Shown piece by piece: positions 53,101 through 60,782 of a stretch of 64,000 bases of DNA (its first letter is position 1; every line of letters starts with the position of its first letter). The stretch lies in contig MNWN01000011.1 in NCBI GenBank assembly GCA_001872545.1, positions 2,089 through 66,088 of the forward strand, given 5' to 3'. Under the pieces are notes generated by a model. That model was not told the origin of the DNA. It ran no database searches and saw nothing but the letters and a program-made list of their open reading frames with translations. This DNA is from Parcubacteria group bacterium CG1_02_58_44. Lineage in GTDB: Bacteria > Patescibacteriota > Patescibacteriia > SG8-24. The position numbers and the translations under genes are program-made.

Positions 53101-56100
53101 TCTGATCTGCGCCGTCGATCGCGTGATCGTCAGTCCGGAATCGGTCTTGCTGAACAGCGTTCGGGCTCCGGACCGGCCTCTCGTGGCTCGTGGCGTGTCC
53201 GACGACCGCGGCATTCGTGTCGACGGCGATGCCGCTAGTCTGATCGTGCCGACCAGGGAATACTCTTGGTCATGGGAATGGCTGCCGCTCTCTGAGAGGC
53301 TGCCGCATGTCTCTCCGGCCGTACTGAATCCGGTCACTGTCGGAGGGCGGCAGAGCGAGCGAGCGATGGTTCGGGTCAGGGGGCGCGAAACCGGGGACGA
53401 TCCGATCGGATACGTGCCGCAGGACGGTGTTGTAAATGTTTCGGTCAATGCTGTCACCGTCAATCCTGACGGTTCCGTTGCCCGTCTGCCGGTACTCGAC
53501 GGGCTTACCGGTCTGCCCGTACCAGATGAGTTCGTACTCCCTGGTAGTTCAACGGTTACGGTCGCGCTTTGTGACGTCATCTGGCCAAAGGTTCAGACCT
53601 GCGGCGATGATGGGAGGCTGCATCTGCCTTGGGATCCGGACAATCTACTCAATCCGCTCCATGGTGAAGAATGTTCGGCTGGAGTGGAACAGTTCTGGTA
53701 TCCCTTCACGGATCCGGAAACGAAAGCCAGCTTCTACTACTGCCGTGACATCTCGGGAGGCGACGGCGACGATCTTCTGCCGGCCATCGATGAGGATTTC
53801 GTTCTCGTCCACCCGGGCGGCGACATCCTGCACGAGTATCTCTTCACCTTTGCCGGCGCTGGGGCCGGTGATGCTTGGCAGAAAGATGCCGTAGGTTTCC
53901 GGACAATGTACAACCCGAGGCATATCGGCGTGGCCGACTGGTATCGCGACCGCGGTTTCTCCGGTGCGCCGATGCCGTTCAATGTCGACGGATACGACGC
54001 CATGAAGGAAGGTCGGACCGTCTACGTCAATTCCGCGTTTCTGGACGACACCCTGCATCTTTCCACTAACGTCAACGTCTTTTCGTTCAGTGACGGGTCC
54101 GCACCGGAGACGGTCACGGTCTTCAACCAGATAATGAATCGCATCAACTTCAACCGGCAGTCGGGACTCATGGACACTTTCATCTGTCAGGACGACGGCC
54201 GGGCGGTCTTGGACGAGGGCGGAAGCGCTTTGACCTGTTCCATCGATCTCGACTGCACGACAGGCACCTGTGGTGTCCCGAAGTCGAAGCTCGTACGTGA
54301 CGTGCGACGCTGGTCGGACCTTCACACCATGAGGTCTCTTCTCATGGCCAATCGTCCGCTTCCGACATTGGGCGAAGGCACCTTCATACGCTCCAGGACG
54401 TACAGCATCTGGCCGTCATGGGGCGACGTCCTGTCCCTGTCCGTCGGACGAACCATGCCGTCGGATCCCATAAACGCATTGGCATCTTGTTCGAGCGACG
54501 GTTTTGATTCGGAGACCTGCTGGAATTCGGTCAGTCGTGAGTTCAGTTGCGGAAGCCGTTCCAGCATCTATAGGTATCAGATCTTGGCCGGTCAGGCCGA
54601 TCTGTCCGTAGACATGGAGCTGGTCGGTCCGAAATGGAAAGGCACGACCTGCATCGAGATAACGGACAGTGTTGCCTGTGGGGCCATGTCTGGCTGTGTC
54701 TGGACAGGCGCTCCACCGAGCGGTAGCTGCAACTACGAGACCGTCAGGTTCCGTGCCTATGGGATAAACGCCGGTGCCGACATGTGTACCGGAGCGGTTG
54801 AGAGTGAGGAGGCGGGCTGCGGTAACGGCATCATCAATTCCGGTGAGGCCTGCGAACTGGGAGACCTCAGGACTCAGGAAGGAGCAGACGGTATCTGTGT
54901 CGGCGGAACCGTGGAGCAGGCCTGCACGTCGGACTGTCGCGGCTGGGAGGACGTACCCGGAACCTGCCGGATCGGCTACTGCGGCGACGGACGGAGACAG
55001 GGGGCCGAAACCTGCGATGACGGACCGCTCAACGGGACGTACGGGCACTGCAACGGCATCTGCAGAGGTTCGACCTTTTACTGTGGCGATGGTCTGTCCC
55101 ATCCCAGTGAGCTGTGCGATTGCGGCAGCTTGAATGGAAGTTATGCGGTCAACGCGGTTATTGCGCCATCGGGTGGGGTTCGTGCTTGTAGCACTGAAGA
55201 ACCGCGCACTGGGGCTAGTTTCGCTTCCTGTTCCTGGGATTGCCGTGGTCCGGCTCCGCACTGCGGCGACGGCATCATCAACGGCGTCGAGCAGTGCGAT
55301 GGCGGTTCTGAGGAGAGTCGTGGCGTTTGTCGGCGACCGGCTGACGACCCGCTGCATCCGTCGGGAGGCACCTGCACGGCAGACGCCGACTGCAATCTCG
55401 CGGGCGGGGAGCGCTGCGTGACCTGTCTGACTGTCGAACAGAGGTTCCGTCGGGCCTGCAACCCGAATAACGTCACTTCGGCCGATGACGAAAGAGATGG
55501 AGTGCCCAATCAGTCCTGTCACTGGAGTGCCTGGTCGTGTACCGCCCCCGGACGTTGCGGCAACGGCGTGACCGAGACCGGCGAGCAGTGCGACGACGGC
55601 AACGACGAGGATAACGATGCCTGCACCAGCGCCTGCATCAGCAACGTCTGCGGCGACGGATTCGTGAACGCGGCCGGCGGCGAGCTGTGCGACAGCGGCG
55701 GAAGGAACAACACTCCCTGCGTGCCCGAGTACGGGCATACCTGCAACTACTGCACTTCGGCCTGCCGATTGGGTACGGTTTCTGGCGGCTACTGCGGCGA
55801 CGGCCTGCTCCAGAACGCCAGTTCGGAGATACCGGGTCCCGAACAGTGCGACACGCACGGTGTGGTCATCGGTGACGGTTGGGTCTGCGTCAGCACCAGG
55901 CCCAAGGACAGGAGCTTCGGTACGCAGACCGGCTACGGCATCTGCTCGCTGAGCGGATGTGGCTACTCCTGTGCGGACAGAGATTCGGAGCTGTGCCAGA
56001 ATGATGCACTCGATGGCAATTCAGACCTCATACTTCCCGAAAGTTTTGAGGTAAGCATGGCGTCCAGGCCTGAATCCTGCGCCTTTATGGATTACGTTCC

Positions 56101-57238
56101 CTTGCGCATGGCTCCGCCGGTTGGAGGGCGGAGTCCGGGCAGCGAGCCCAGGTCGCTTTTCGAGTTCTGTTTGGATCGGCAGCGTCTGGTCGGCGGCAGT
56201 TCGGGAGAGCCTCCGTTGGCCAGACTGTCTAATAATTGCGATTCGGACGACGACAACGACGGCGTTCCGGACGAATTGGACTGTGGCCCCACAGATCCGT
56301 CGGTCAGGCCGGAGTATCGGATTCCGGGCACCACTCTGGTGGTTCCGGCCGGAGATCAAGAATGCACCGGCGACGGCAACTGCAACGGAGATTTTGGAGA
56401 TCTTCCGCCGTATCTGCATAAGAAGGTTGACATGGTGTTCGTCATCGACGTGACAAGGTCGATGAACAGCATCATCGACTCCCTGATCGACTCCCTGAGT
56501 GATTTCGTCACTAATCTTAGCGGTGCCAGAGGAATAGATCTCCAGTTTGGTTTCGTGACTGTAGGGCAGGCTGAGACTTTAACGCTCAGCATGATGAAGT
56601 CCCATCCGGTTCGTCCCGCCCTAGGGCCGTACATGTTTGCCCAGCTCGACGACATCGGTTCGTTTGGCGACAGCTTGCAGGCAATGAGGGACAATTGCTG
56701 GAGTAATGACGGTCACCATACTGACTTATGCTCTGTCGGCAAATATGAACCCCTTTATGCCGCAGCTTATGCCCTAATGAGACCCGGATCGGTCAGCTGC
56801 GGTCCGGAGGACGGCTGTGACCCGGCATTGGACCAGGTGTTGGATTACGGCATCGCATGGCGGGACGATGCCCAGCCGTATGTGGTGATAGTCGGCGATG
56901 AACCGCCGCCGGTGGGCGCGACATGGAGTGGTGACGATATGACCGGACGGGAGGAAGCTGAGGGGCTCCTGAGGTATATTGATCTTAATCGCGTCGCCGA
57001 TGCGGCCAAGGACTGTACCTTGCCCGGATGCGCTGACGGCGGCTATGTGGAGCTTTTCGTGATCAGTCGGCGGGTCAACAGGGATTACTGGTTGGATGTC
57101 CTGCCTACGACAGAAGACGGTTCGCGTCTGACGGCCGAACAGCGTTACATCAGTTTTGATGACGGCGGCGGGACCAATGGGCTCAACGGCGAGGCCTTGG
57201 TCGCCAGCATATTTCAGTACATCTGCCCTGCTCCCTGA
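47162..57238 (+). CDS. Giant multidomain surface protein (3358 aa): signal peptide + VirB2/TrbC-like pilin module + SbsA/Ig-like + several IPT/TIG-like domains + Myxococcus-type Cys-rich repeats (DUF4215-like) + Asp-rich calcium-binding-type segment + C-terminal von Willebrand factor A domain
   Basis: The N-terminus LAQTDLGLDYATSTGLGTTDIRTIIGNIVNYFLGLLGIIAVLLILYGGFKWMTSQGNEEQVADAKKIIVSSVIGLAIILSAFAIAQFIL. IPT-like PTILDVSPLRAGPGTLVTISGRYFGG, PRIIEILPSSGPVGSYVTLRGTGFG, PGMCSITPDNGKPGIPVIVSGEGFG. Cys repeats GEDCDDGDIDGGDGCSANCLAEG, GEACEDGNRRDGDGCSADCLHEG, GEECRDGNTDNGDGCSSRCLLEG, GEQCDDGNDEDNDACTSAC. The segment CDSDDDNDGVPDELDCGPTDPS. The VWA/MIDAS start VDMVFVIDVTRSMNSIIDSLIDSL. Single uninterrupted ORF of 10,077 nt. 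Confidence 0.8.
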   Translation: MRIDRKKLVTAAVVVFGVALLVFPVLAQTDLGLDYATSTGLGTTDIRTIIGNIVNYFLGLLGIIAVLLILYGGFKWMTSQGNEEQVADAKKIIVSSVIGLAIILSAFAIAQFILRAIISGTGFEGDVGPGGGRCPPGEVCGIPGAGSGGFKVSGVVPAGNGPGGSGWPKNYAITVAFSHEVAAATVNGTSFVVERCNPRLSGGDPAPFNERNCNTVVSGTRTVEANRIVFRPDDTPGDYPTDFEEDYWYRVRVLGGDVTDVRGRILVCPFLPPGPDGDISSPRALSSLCDRAMAFNNLRDVEPPTVRIDSPASAPAYCLDRIRIRARVEDDFLPSRVDFMLDGGLAHLMDADDEPLFSVINAALDNPFLSDSVFIDSSSLADGEHTLSAVGYDGVPQASEAVDKRFRINPAHCCDSVLDAELGEDEIDCGAESGCGACPEGLCTEDADCASGLCESGHCVARPTILDVSPLRAGPGTLVTISGRYFGGTMGQVVFLGGDTDGDGEEAGDDDDRSAAACSPWSWSDDEVVVAVPDGAVTGPLQLITSAGTSDRTDDDFEPMIGAFSVNDEVFPGICYLEPSTGSAGDRFIAHGAGFGDAMGASLIRMGGVSADVAAGGWTASAVSAAVPSVLAEGIYQVGVMVGGLDGIATNQLNFTLRRRDEDVGPRIIEILPSSGPVGSYVTLRGTGFGRRKGLVRFFSSPDGVDGIDSAIAADPICDDNWHDNYIVVKVPDKYIGDLDIDLIRHRVEVETAAPAQTSNRVDFLIDGSPLTPGMCSITPDNGKPGIPVIVSGEGFGPGPANVDAPGFAGFDGRQPESSLRFYVSGAAAAPGLMDGLITKPSTAYLWSRTSVRSAIPGNPADRSTWPNSGPVFVVARNVATRNPIPFKIGDCNDDGICEEGTTCCANGSCRESCEPEARNSKFGWYFSTDVLPTLPVVIQRSSCNMVAGTIQSPTPQHRATDACRNAEAAVEFSQPMNIGSLDDPESLLIEECGSGRDIDCADPPVVVPIARPVGTDLTADGMTILSIHPSSLVYPPNDLDDDENEPFTGYFKIGTWYRVTLVSKPGEVGIFDTTGRYLDGDYDRRAGGNFTWTFRTRTDPAACAADSVMVLPSRYTITHQGMPPDPDIGFSAALMNGANCNRLQCVGREGFDLRWSSDPGVFISLLGAGPVAGCRQQVTGLLETPVDAPERLTVSLRPVGELLDRRSTSAVSVAFADPRVVRVMPTEGCTEACVNAVVGAVFNIPMSARSFAGNVELLQCRNSSCNPPFVPIEFTVTSVRDDGIRVLPLGDPDAVLQVRIEPVPDVGEMPRLTPDTFFKVRIRGGADGVLSTSDIPLTGLNTPGFYEWKFKTRTDGSICEISRAEIVPPNATLRYVSERFGLSVGAYGPAGDECSPDGQEINAWGYDWDWSVDPNPVLVGFIRARDVGSETGIGIRVDTNPAPRRGCDSQCLLVGSTDVVSQCGNTDPADPRPPRDRAEIGEDCDDGDIDGGDGCSANCLAEGSAFPTCGNGRLDSGELCEALPDGEGTLVFPLGCKDPNINIDDRPELNDIGCIFLGSTAGGSVCGDGIWGDGEACEDGNRRDGDGCSADCLHEGTFSICTDATPVDVRCVSQCGNAHIEPGEDPDCDLAGGVALGCDLHSCTKTGSESAQCLNDHLDPGEECRDGNTDNGDGCSSRCLLEGSSAFYRVPSFCGDGFVGQGEHSYCDGDEVEPDRLIDSRQITVAGDYDSTAGAATTSVVHASVDRLPEGSRGNSRVTLTCNCSSQVSPDGYCLGLLDGVPAALRPPAGLACADSGCCAPRPYGRLTYPVEGSVGICRNTAIHLEFDQPMNATSISQNLLIGVDSGPDGCPAALDGGPDESGVIEVPPFPPPLPGPLAVGPGGLLRRAWSAVAAFFGDLFGRPAAGHALGIPHTHFCSITGDVTVRLTDESRTEVEFMLDHALPAGTRIRVRVQPDARTIGGVRINPAGLTAEFTTGDLICAVDRVIVSPESVLLNSVRAPDRPLVARGVSDDRGIRVDGDAASLIVPTREYSWSWEWLPLSERLPHVSPAVLNPVTVGGRQSERAMVRVRGRETGDDPIGYVPQDGVVNVSVNAVTVNPDGSVARLPVLDGLTGLPVPDEFVLPGSSTVTVALCDVIWPKVQTCGDDGRLHLPWDPDNLLNPLHGEECSAGVEQFWYPFTDPETKASFYYCRDISGGDGDDLLPAIDEDFVLVHPGGDILHEYLFTFAGAGAGDAWQKDAVGFRTMYNPRHIGVADWYRDRGFSGAPMPFNVDGYDAMKEGRTVYVNSAFLDDTLHLSTNVNVFSFSDGSAPETVTVFNQIMNRINFNRQSGLMDTFICQDDGRAVLDEGGSALTCSIDLDCTTGTCGVPKSKLVRDVRRWSDLHTMRSLLMANRPLPTLGEGTFIRSRTYSIWPSWGDVLSLSVGRTMPSDPINALASCSSDGFDSETCWNSVSREFSCGSRSSIYRYQILAGQADLSVDMELVGPKWKGTTCIEITDSVACGAMSGCVWTGAPPSGSCNYETVRFRAYGINAGADMCTGAVESEEAGCGNGIINSGEACELGDLRTQEGADGICVGGTVEQACTSDCRGWEDVPGTCRIGYCGDGRRQGAETCDDGPLNGTYGHCNGICRGSTFYCGDGLSHPSELCDCGSLNGSYAVNAVIAPSGGVRACSTEEPRTGASFASCSWDCRGPAPHCGDGIINGVEQCDGGSEESRGVCRRPADDPLHPSGGTCTADADCNLAGGERCVTCLTVEQRFRRACNPNNVTSADDERDGVPNQSCHWSAWSCTAPGRCGNGVTETGEQCDDGNDEDNDACTSACISNVCGDGFVNAAGGELCDSGGRNNTPCVPEYGHTCNYCTSACRLGTVSGGYCGDGLLQNASSEIPGPEQCDTHGVVIGDGWVCVSTRPKDRSFGTQTGYGICSLSGCGYSCADRDSELCQNDALDGNSDLILPESFEVSMASRPESCAFMDYVPLRMAPPVGGRSPGSEPRSLFEFCLDRQRLVGGSSGEPPLARLSNNCDSDDDNDGVPDELDCGPTDPSVRPEYRIPGTTLVVPAGDQECTGDGNCNGDFGDLPPYLHKKVDMVFVIDVTRSMNSIIDSLIDSLSDFVTNLSGARGIDLQFGFVTVGQAETLTLSMMKSHPVRPALGPYMFAQLDDIGSFGDSLQAMRDNCWSNDGHHTDLCSVGKYEPLYAAAYALMRPGSVSCGPEDGCDPALDQVLDYGIAWRDDAQPYVVIVGDEPPPVGATWSGDDMTGREEAEGLLRYIDLNRVADAAKDCTLPGCADGGYVELFVISRRVNRDYWLDVLPTTEDGSRLTAEQRYISFDDGGGTNGLNGEALVASIFQYICPAP

Positions 57239-57244
57239 TTCCTT

Positions 57245-57769
57245 ATGAACAAAAATAATCTTATTTTGATAGTTCTGGGTGCAGCGGCGGTTTTGGCCGT
57301 CGGTATGGCCGTGTTTGCCGTCTTGCGTAATCGGCAGCCGGCCGTGAGTCCACTGGACCGGTTCGACGAACATGGTGCCGTGGAGGTTCCGGTGGGCATC
57401 GACGACGACGGCGGACCGATTGAGGAGACAAGGGCAATCTGCGGCGACGGCATCTGTACTGCGGCCGAGTCCGTAGACATCTGCTGGTCGGATTGCGTCG
57501 ACTACGGTTCGTTCAGCGACATTAGCCTGACGAACCTGTCCGCCGGTCAGGTGGAGATTACCTGGAAGACCTCCAAGCCCATGACTTCGGCCGTAGATTA
57601 CGGCTTCAGCGAAAGCTACGAACTCGGTTCGGTGTCCGATTCCCAGCTGTTGACCGACCACAGACTGTTGACGGTCAGACTGAACGGCAGTGAATTTTTC
57701 TTCAGGCTGCGGGGGACCGACGGGGAGGGCAACGAGGAATCCTTCTCTAGTTTGGGCAACGAAAGATAA
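57245..57769 (+). CDS. Small single-pass membrane protein with a Cys motif ([19 protein letters not shown]) and an FN3-like segment; paralog 1 of 3
   Basis: N-terminal [24 protein letters not shown], then the CGDGxC...CxxDC motif shared with the next two genes and with repeats in the giant protein. Confidence 0.6.
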   Translation: MNKNNLILIVLGAAAVLAVGMAVFAVLRNRQPAVSPLDRFDEHGAVEVPVGIDDDGGPIEETRAICGDGICTAAESVDICWSDCVDYGSFSDISLTNLSAGQVEITWKTSKPMTSAVDYGFSESYELGSVSDSQLLTDHRLLTVRLNGSEFFFRLRGTDGEGNEESFSSLGNER

Positions 57770-57777
57770 TCGCCCTT

Positions 57778-58590
57778 TTGCAGGGTAACCAGAATCGCAT
57801 TCATATGTTCGAAGAGCAGAACGAGCCGGTAGACATATTTTCGGAAACGGAACCGGCCAAGGACGGCGGCATCAGTCCGTCGGTCGGCAGCCAACCTCCG
57901 GTTATGGGCGGATCGCCGCCGTCTTCCGGAACTTTACCTACACCGGTGTCTGGCATAACTCCCCAGATAGACATCGCCGCATCTAGGGGTCCGTCCAAGA
58001 TCCTGTTCGTCGTAATTTTTCTGCTGCTGGTCGGTGCAGTCGGCGTCGGTATCTGGTATTTCGTTCTTAGTGGCGACGGTGCAGTTCCGGTCGGGAACGA
58101 GCCGGCCGACGTCAATTCGAACGATTCCGGTTCGGCGATAGACGTTCAGATTCCGGAGCCGGAGAATCGATCGCTTTGCGGTAACGGAGTCTGCGATCTG
58201 GATGAGGACAAGTTCTCATGTCCGGCGGACTGTCCGCTGATTTCGCCCGTTTGCGGCGACGGCATCTGTCAGGCCGACGAGGGCAGCTTGGACTGTCCGG
58301 CCGACTGCCAGGCCACTCCCGACGAGCCGGTCATGCCGCCGGAACCGGCGAATCAGCCGCTCGACACGGACGGCGACGGCCTGAGTGACGCCGAGGAGAC
58401 GGCACTCGGCACCAATCCGCAGATGGCCGACACTGACGCCGACGGGCTGACGGACCGGGAGGAACTGCGTCAGTACTCGACCGATCCGACCAGTCCGGAC
58501 TCGGACGGCGACGGCTATATCGACGGCGAGGAGGTGTGGGCCGGTTACGACCCCAACGGCCCAGGCAAGCTGCTTAACTTGCCCCAGTAG
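57778..58590 (+). CDS. Single-pass membrane protein with two CGxGxC..CPADC Cys motifs and Asp-rich TSP3/calcium-binding-like repeats; paralog 2 of 3
   Basis: [128 protein letters not shown]. Confidence 0.6.
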   Translation: MQGNQNRIHMFEEQNEPVDIFSETEPAKDGGISPSVGSQPPVMGGSPPSSGTLPTPVSGITPQIDIAASRGPSKILFVVIFLLLVGAVGVGIWYFVLSGDGAVPVGNEPADVNSNDSGSAIDVQIPEPENRSLCGNGVCDLDEDKFSCPADCPLISPVCGDGICQADEGSLDCPADCQATPDEPVMPPEPANQPLDTDGDGLSDAEETALGTNPQMADTDADGLTDREELRQYSTDPTSPDSDGDGYIDGEEVWAGYDPNGPGKLLNLPQ

Positions 58591-58613
58591 CTGAGGGCTA
58601 TTCGATAGGTCCT

Positions 58614-59873
58614 ATGGCAGACGAAAAGAAAATTTCCGACGGTTTGGACAGGCCCTCCGGCACCTTAACGTCTTCGACGTCCGACGCCGACGAGCCGGAG
58701 ATTTTCGTAATGCCGGAGGAATTCTATGGGGCCGCCGTCAAGCCCAAGCCGGAAGCGGCAGTGTCGTCAGCCTCACCTGCGGTTTCGTCGCCTGCAGCCG
58801 TCTCGACCGTCAAGACGGGCAAAGGTTTCACCGTGGCGATCGTCACCTTAGCCGCGATCTTGGTCGTTGCCTTGGGAGTCGCGGTCTATTTCGTGTTTTT
58901 CTCCGGTCCGAAGTCCGTCTGCGGTAACAACCTCTGCGAGTCAGGCGAAACGTTTGCGGCCTGCCCGAACGACTGCGAACCGCCGCCGTCGGTCTGCGGC
59001 GACGGTGACTGTGAGAGTTCCGAGAGCTACCTGTCCTGCCCGTCCGATTGCCGCCAGCCAGATGCCGTCTGCGGGGACAGACAATGCAACGGGGACGAGA
59101 CTGCCGAATCTTGTCCGGAGGACTGCCGGCCGCCGGCTGAGTGCGGCGACGGACGATGCGAAGCCGACCGTGGCGAGAGCTATGATTCCTGCCGGAGCGA
59201 CTGCCAGCCGCCTGAGCCGGTGCCGTCAGTCGATACCGACAGCGACGGTCTGACTGACGTCGAGGAGACGAGTATCTACGGCAGCGACCCCAATGGCACC
59301 AACAGCGACGGCGACAGTTTCGTTGACCTGAACGAGGTGATCAACCTTTTCGATCCGGCCAAGAAGGAACCGGCCCGCCTGATCGACAGTCCCGGAATCT
59401 CCGCCTATCGGAATGAGGATTACGGATTCGAGATTTTCTGCCCTACAGCTTGGGGCAAGAGTGACCTGCCGTCCGAGCAGTCGGTGCGCTTTACTTCGCC
59501 GACCGGCGAGACGGTTAAGGTGACCGTCTTTATCAAGCAGCCGGAGACGACCTTGGACGATTGGTTACGGTCCTCTTCGGTCAGCGGACTGTCGGCAGTC
59601 GGACAGGCCGGCCGGTCTATCAACCGCCATGGCTACGAGCAGGTGACCATGTCGGACCGTCGGACAGTGCTGATTTCGGACGGCACAAATGTAGCCCTGC
59701 TGCGTTACGACCTGGAAGGCCAGCTCGAGGTGCGCTATCGGGTGACGCTGTCCGTCATGGCCAACAGCTTGACTTTCGTGACCAAGCCCTCTCCGTCAGC
59801 CGAGACCTTGTCGGGAACCGGGTCGGTTCTGCCCGTATCTGAATCGTCGGATGCAGAATCGGATCGTCCTTAG
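58614..59873 (+). CDS. Single-pass membrane protein with four CGxxxC..CPxDC Cys motifs, Asp-rich calcium-binding-like repeats and a C-terminal globular domain; paralog 3 of 3
   Basis: TM VAIVTLAAILVVALGVAVYFVFF. CGNNLCESGETFAACPNDCEPPPSVCGDGDCESSESYLSCPSDCRQPDAVCGDRQCNGDETAESCPEDCRPPAECGDGRCEADRGESYDSCRSDCQPP. DTDSDGLTDVEETSIYGSDPNGTNSDGDSFVDLNEV. Confidence 0.6.
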   Translation: MADEKKISDGLDRPSGTLTSSTSDADEPEIFVMPEEFYGAAVKPKPEAAVSSASPAVSSPAAVSTVKTGKGFTVAIVTLAAILVVALGVAVYFVFFSGPKSVCGNNLCESGETFAACPNDCEPPPSVCGDGDCESSESYLSCPSDCRQPDAVCGDRQCNGDETAESCPEDCRPPAECGDGRCEADRGESYDSCRSDCQPPEPVPSVDTDSDGLTDVEETSIYGSDPNGTNSDGDSFVDLNEVINLFDPAKKEPARLIDSPGISAYRNEDYGFEIFCPTAWGKSDLPSEQSVRFTSPTGETVKVTVFIKQPETTLDDWLRSSSVSGLSAVGQAGRSINRHGYEQVTMSDRRTVLISDGTNVALLRYDLEGQLEVRYRVTLSVMANSLTFVTKPSPSAETLSGTGSVLPVSESSDAESDRP

Positions 59874-59925
59874 TTTTTTGGCTGCGGCTGGATAGAGACG
59901 GGAGCGTAGGGTAAGCTGGTGCAGT

Positions 59926-60393
59926 ATGCTGACTATAGACCTGTCCGGACGACCACCGCGGGGGGTGACTGCCGATTCGATGCAGAAATTGACCGTCGCC
60001 GCCTTCAGGATGGCAGGCGGCATCGGGGACGTTCACGTTACGTTTTCGGTAGTCGACGATCGGACCATGATGGGGCTGAATTTCCGGCATCGCGGCGTGA
60101 AGGGGACGACTGACGTGCTGTCTTTTGCCTACGGCACCGACAAGGACGGTTGGCCCGAACCCGACCGAGATGGCAGTCATAAACTTCTAGGCGAGATAGT
60201 CATATCCAGACCGCAAGTGAGCCGTCAGGCCAAGAAGATCGGCAGGACGGTCGCAGACGAGTTTTCGGTTATGGTGGTTCATGGCGTGCTGCATCTGATG
60301 GGTTACGATCACGCCACGAGATGGCAGGAAGACGAGATGTTCGGCCTCCAGCATGAAATTTTGATGTCGCAGAGAATTATTTTCCATCCATGA
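59926..60393 (+). CDS. ybeY: rRNA maturation endoribonuclease YbeY
   Basis: The metal-binding motif HGVLHLMGYDH and UPF0054 architecture. Length is 155 aa. Confidence 0.88.
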   Translation: MLTIDLSGRPPRGVTADSMQKLTVAAFRMAGGIGDVHVTFSVVDDRTMMGLNFRHRGVKGTTDVLSFAYGTDKDGWPEPDRDGSHKLLGEIVISRPQVSRQAKKIGRTVADEFSVMVVHGVLHLMGYDHATRWQEDEMFGLQHEILMSQRIIFHP

Positions 60394-60764
60394 TATTCAG
60401 CTCAAGACAGCTTAGAAGAAGCTTTTCGTTCGCCCTTTCCGGCCTGCGTCGTGTGCTGCATGACGAGCAGAACTTTCGTCTGCAGATGCTCGTCGGTCTT
60501 CTGGTCATTGTCGCCATGTTTTTTTTCGACCTGAGCAGCCTGGAGAGGGCCGTTTTGACGCTTGCGATCGCCTTTATCCTCGTGCTAGAATTGATGAACA
60601 GTATTTTTGAACGGGTTGCCGATCTGCTCAAGCCTAGAGTGCACATGCATGTGCAGGAAGTTAAGGACATCATGGCCGGAACGGTACTGCTGGCCTCCAT
60701 GGCTGCGATTCTGGTGGGACTGCTTATACTATGGCCACACCTGACGAACGAGCTGTTCGGTTAA
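60390..60764 (+). CDS. dgkA: Diacylglycerol kinase/undecaprenol kinase family protein (DgkA)
   Basis: Three TM helices. ERAVLTLAIAFILVLELMNSIFERVADL is the DgkA catalytic-region signature. Overlaps ybeY by 4 bp. Confidence 0.8.
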   Translation: MIFSSRQLRRSFSFALSGLRRVLHDEQNFRLQMLVGLLVIVAMFFFDLSSLERAVLTLAIAFILVLELMNSIFERVADLLKPRVHMHVQEVKDIMAGTVLLASMAAILVGLLILWPHLTNELFG

Positions 60765-60782
60765 GGCACTACGTCGGATACT

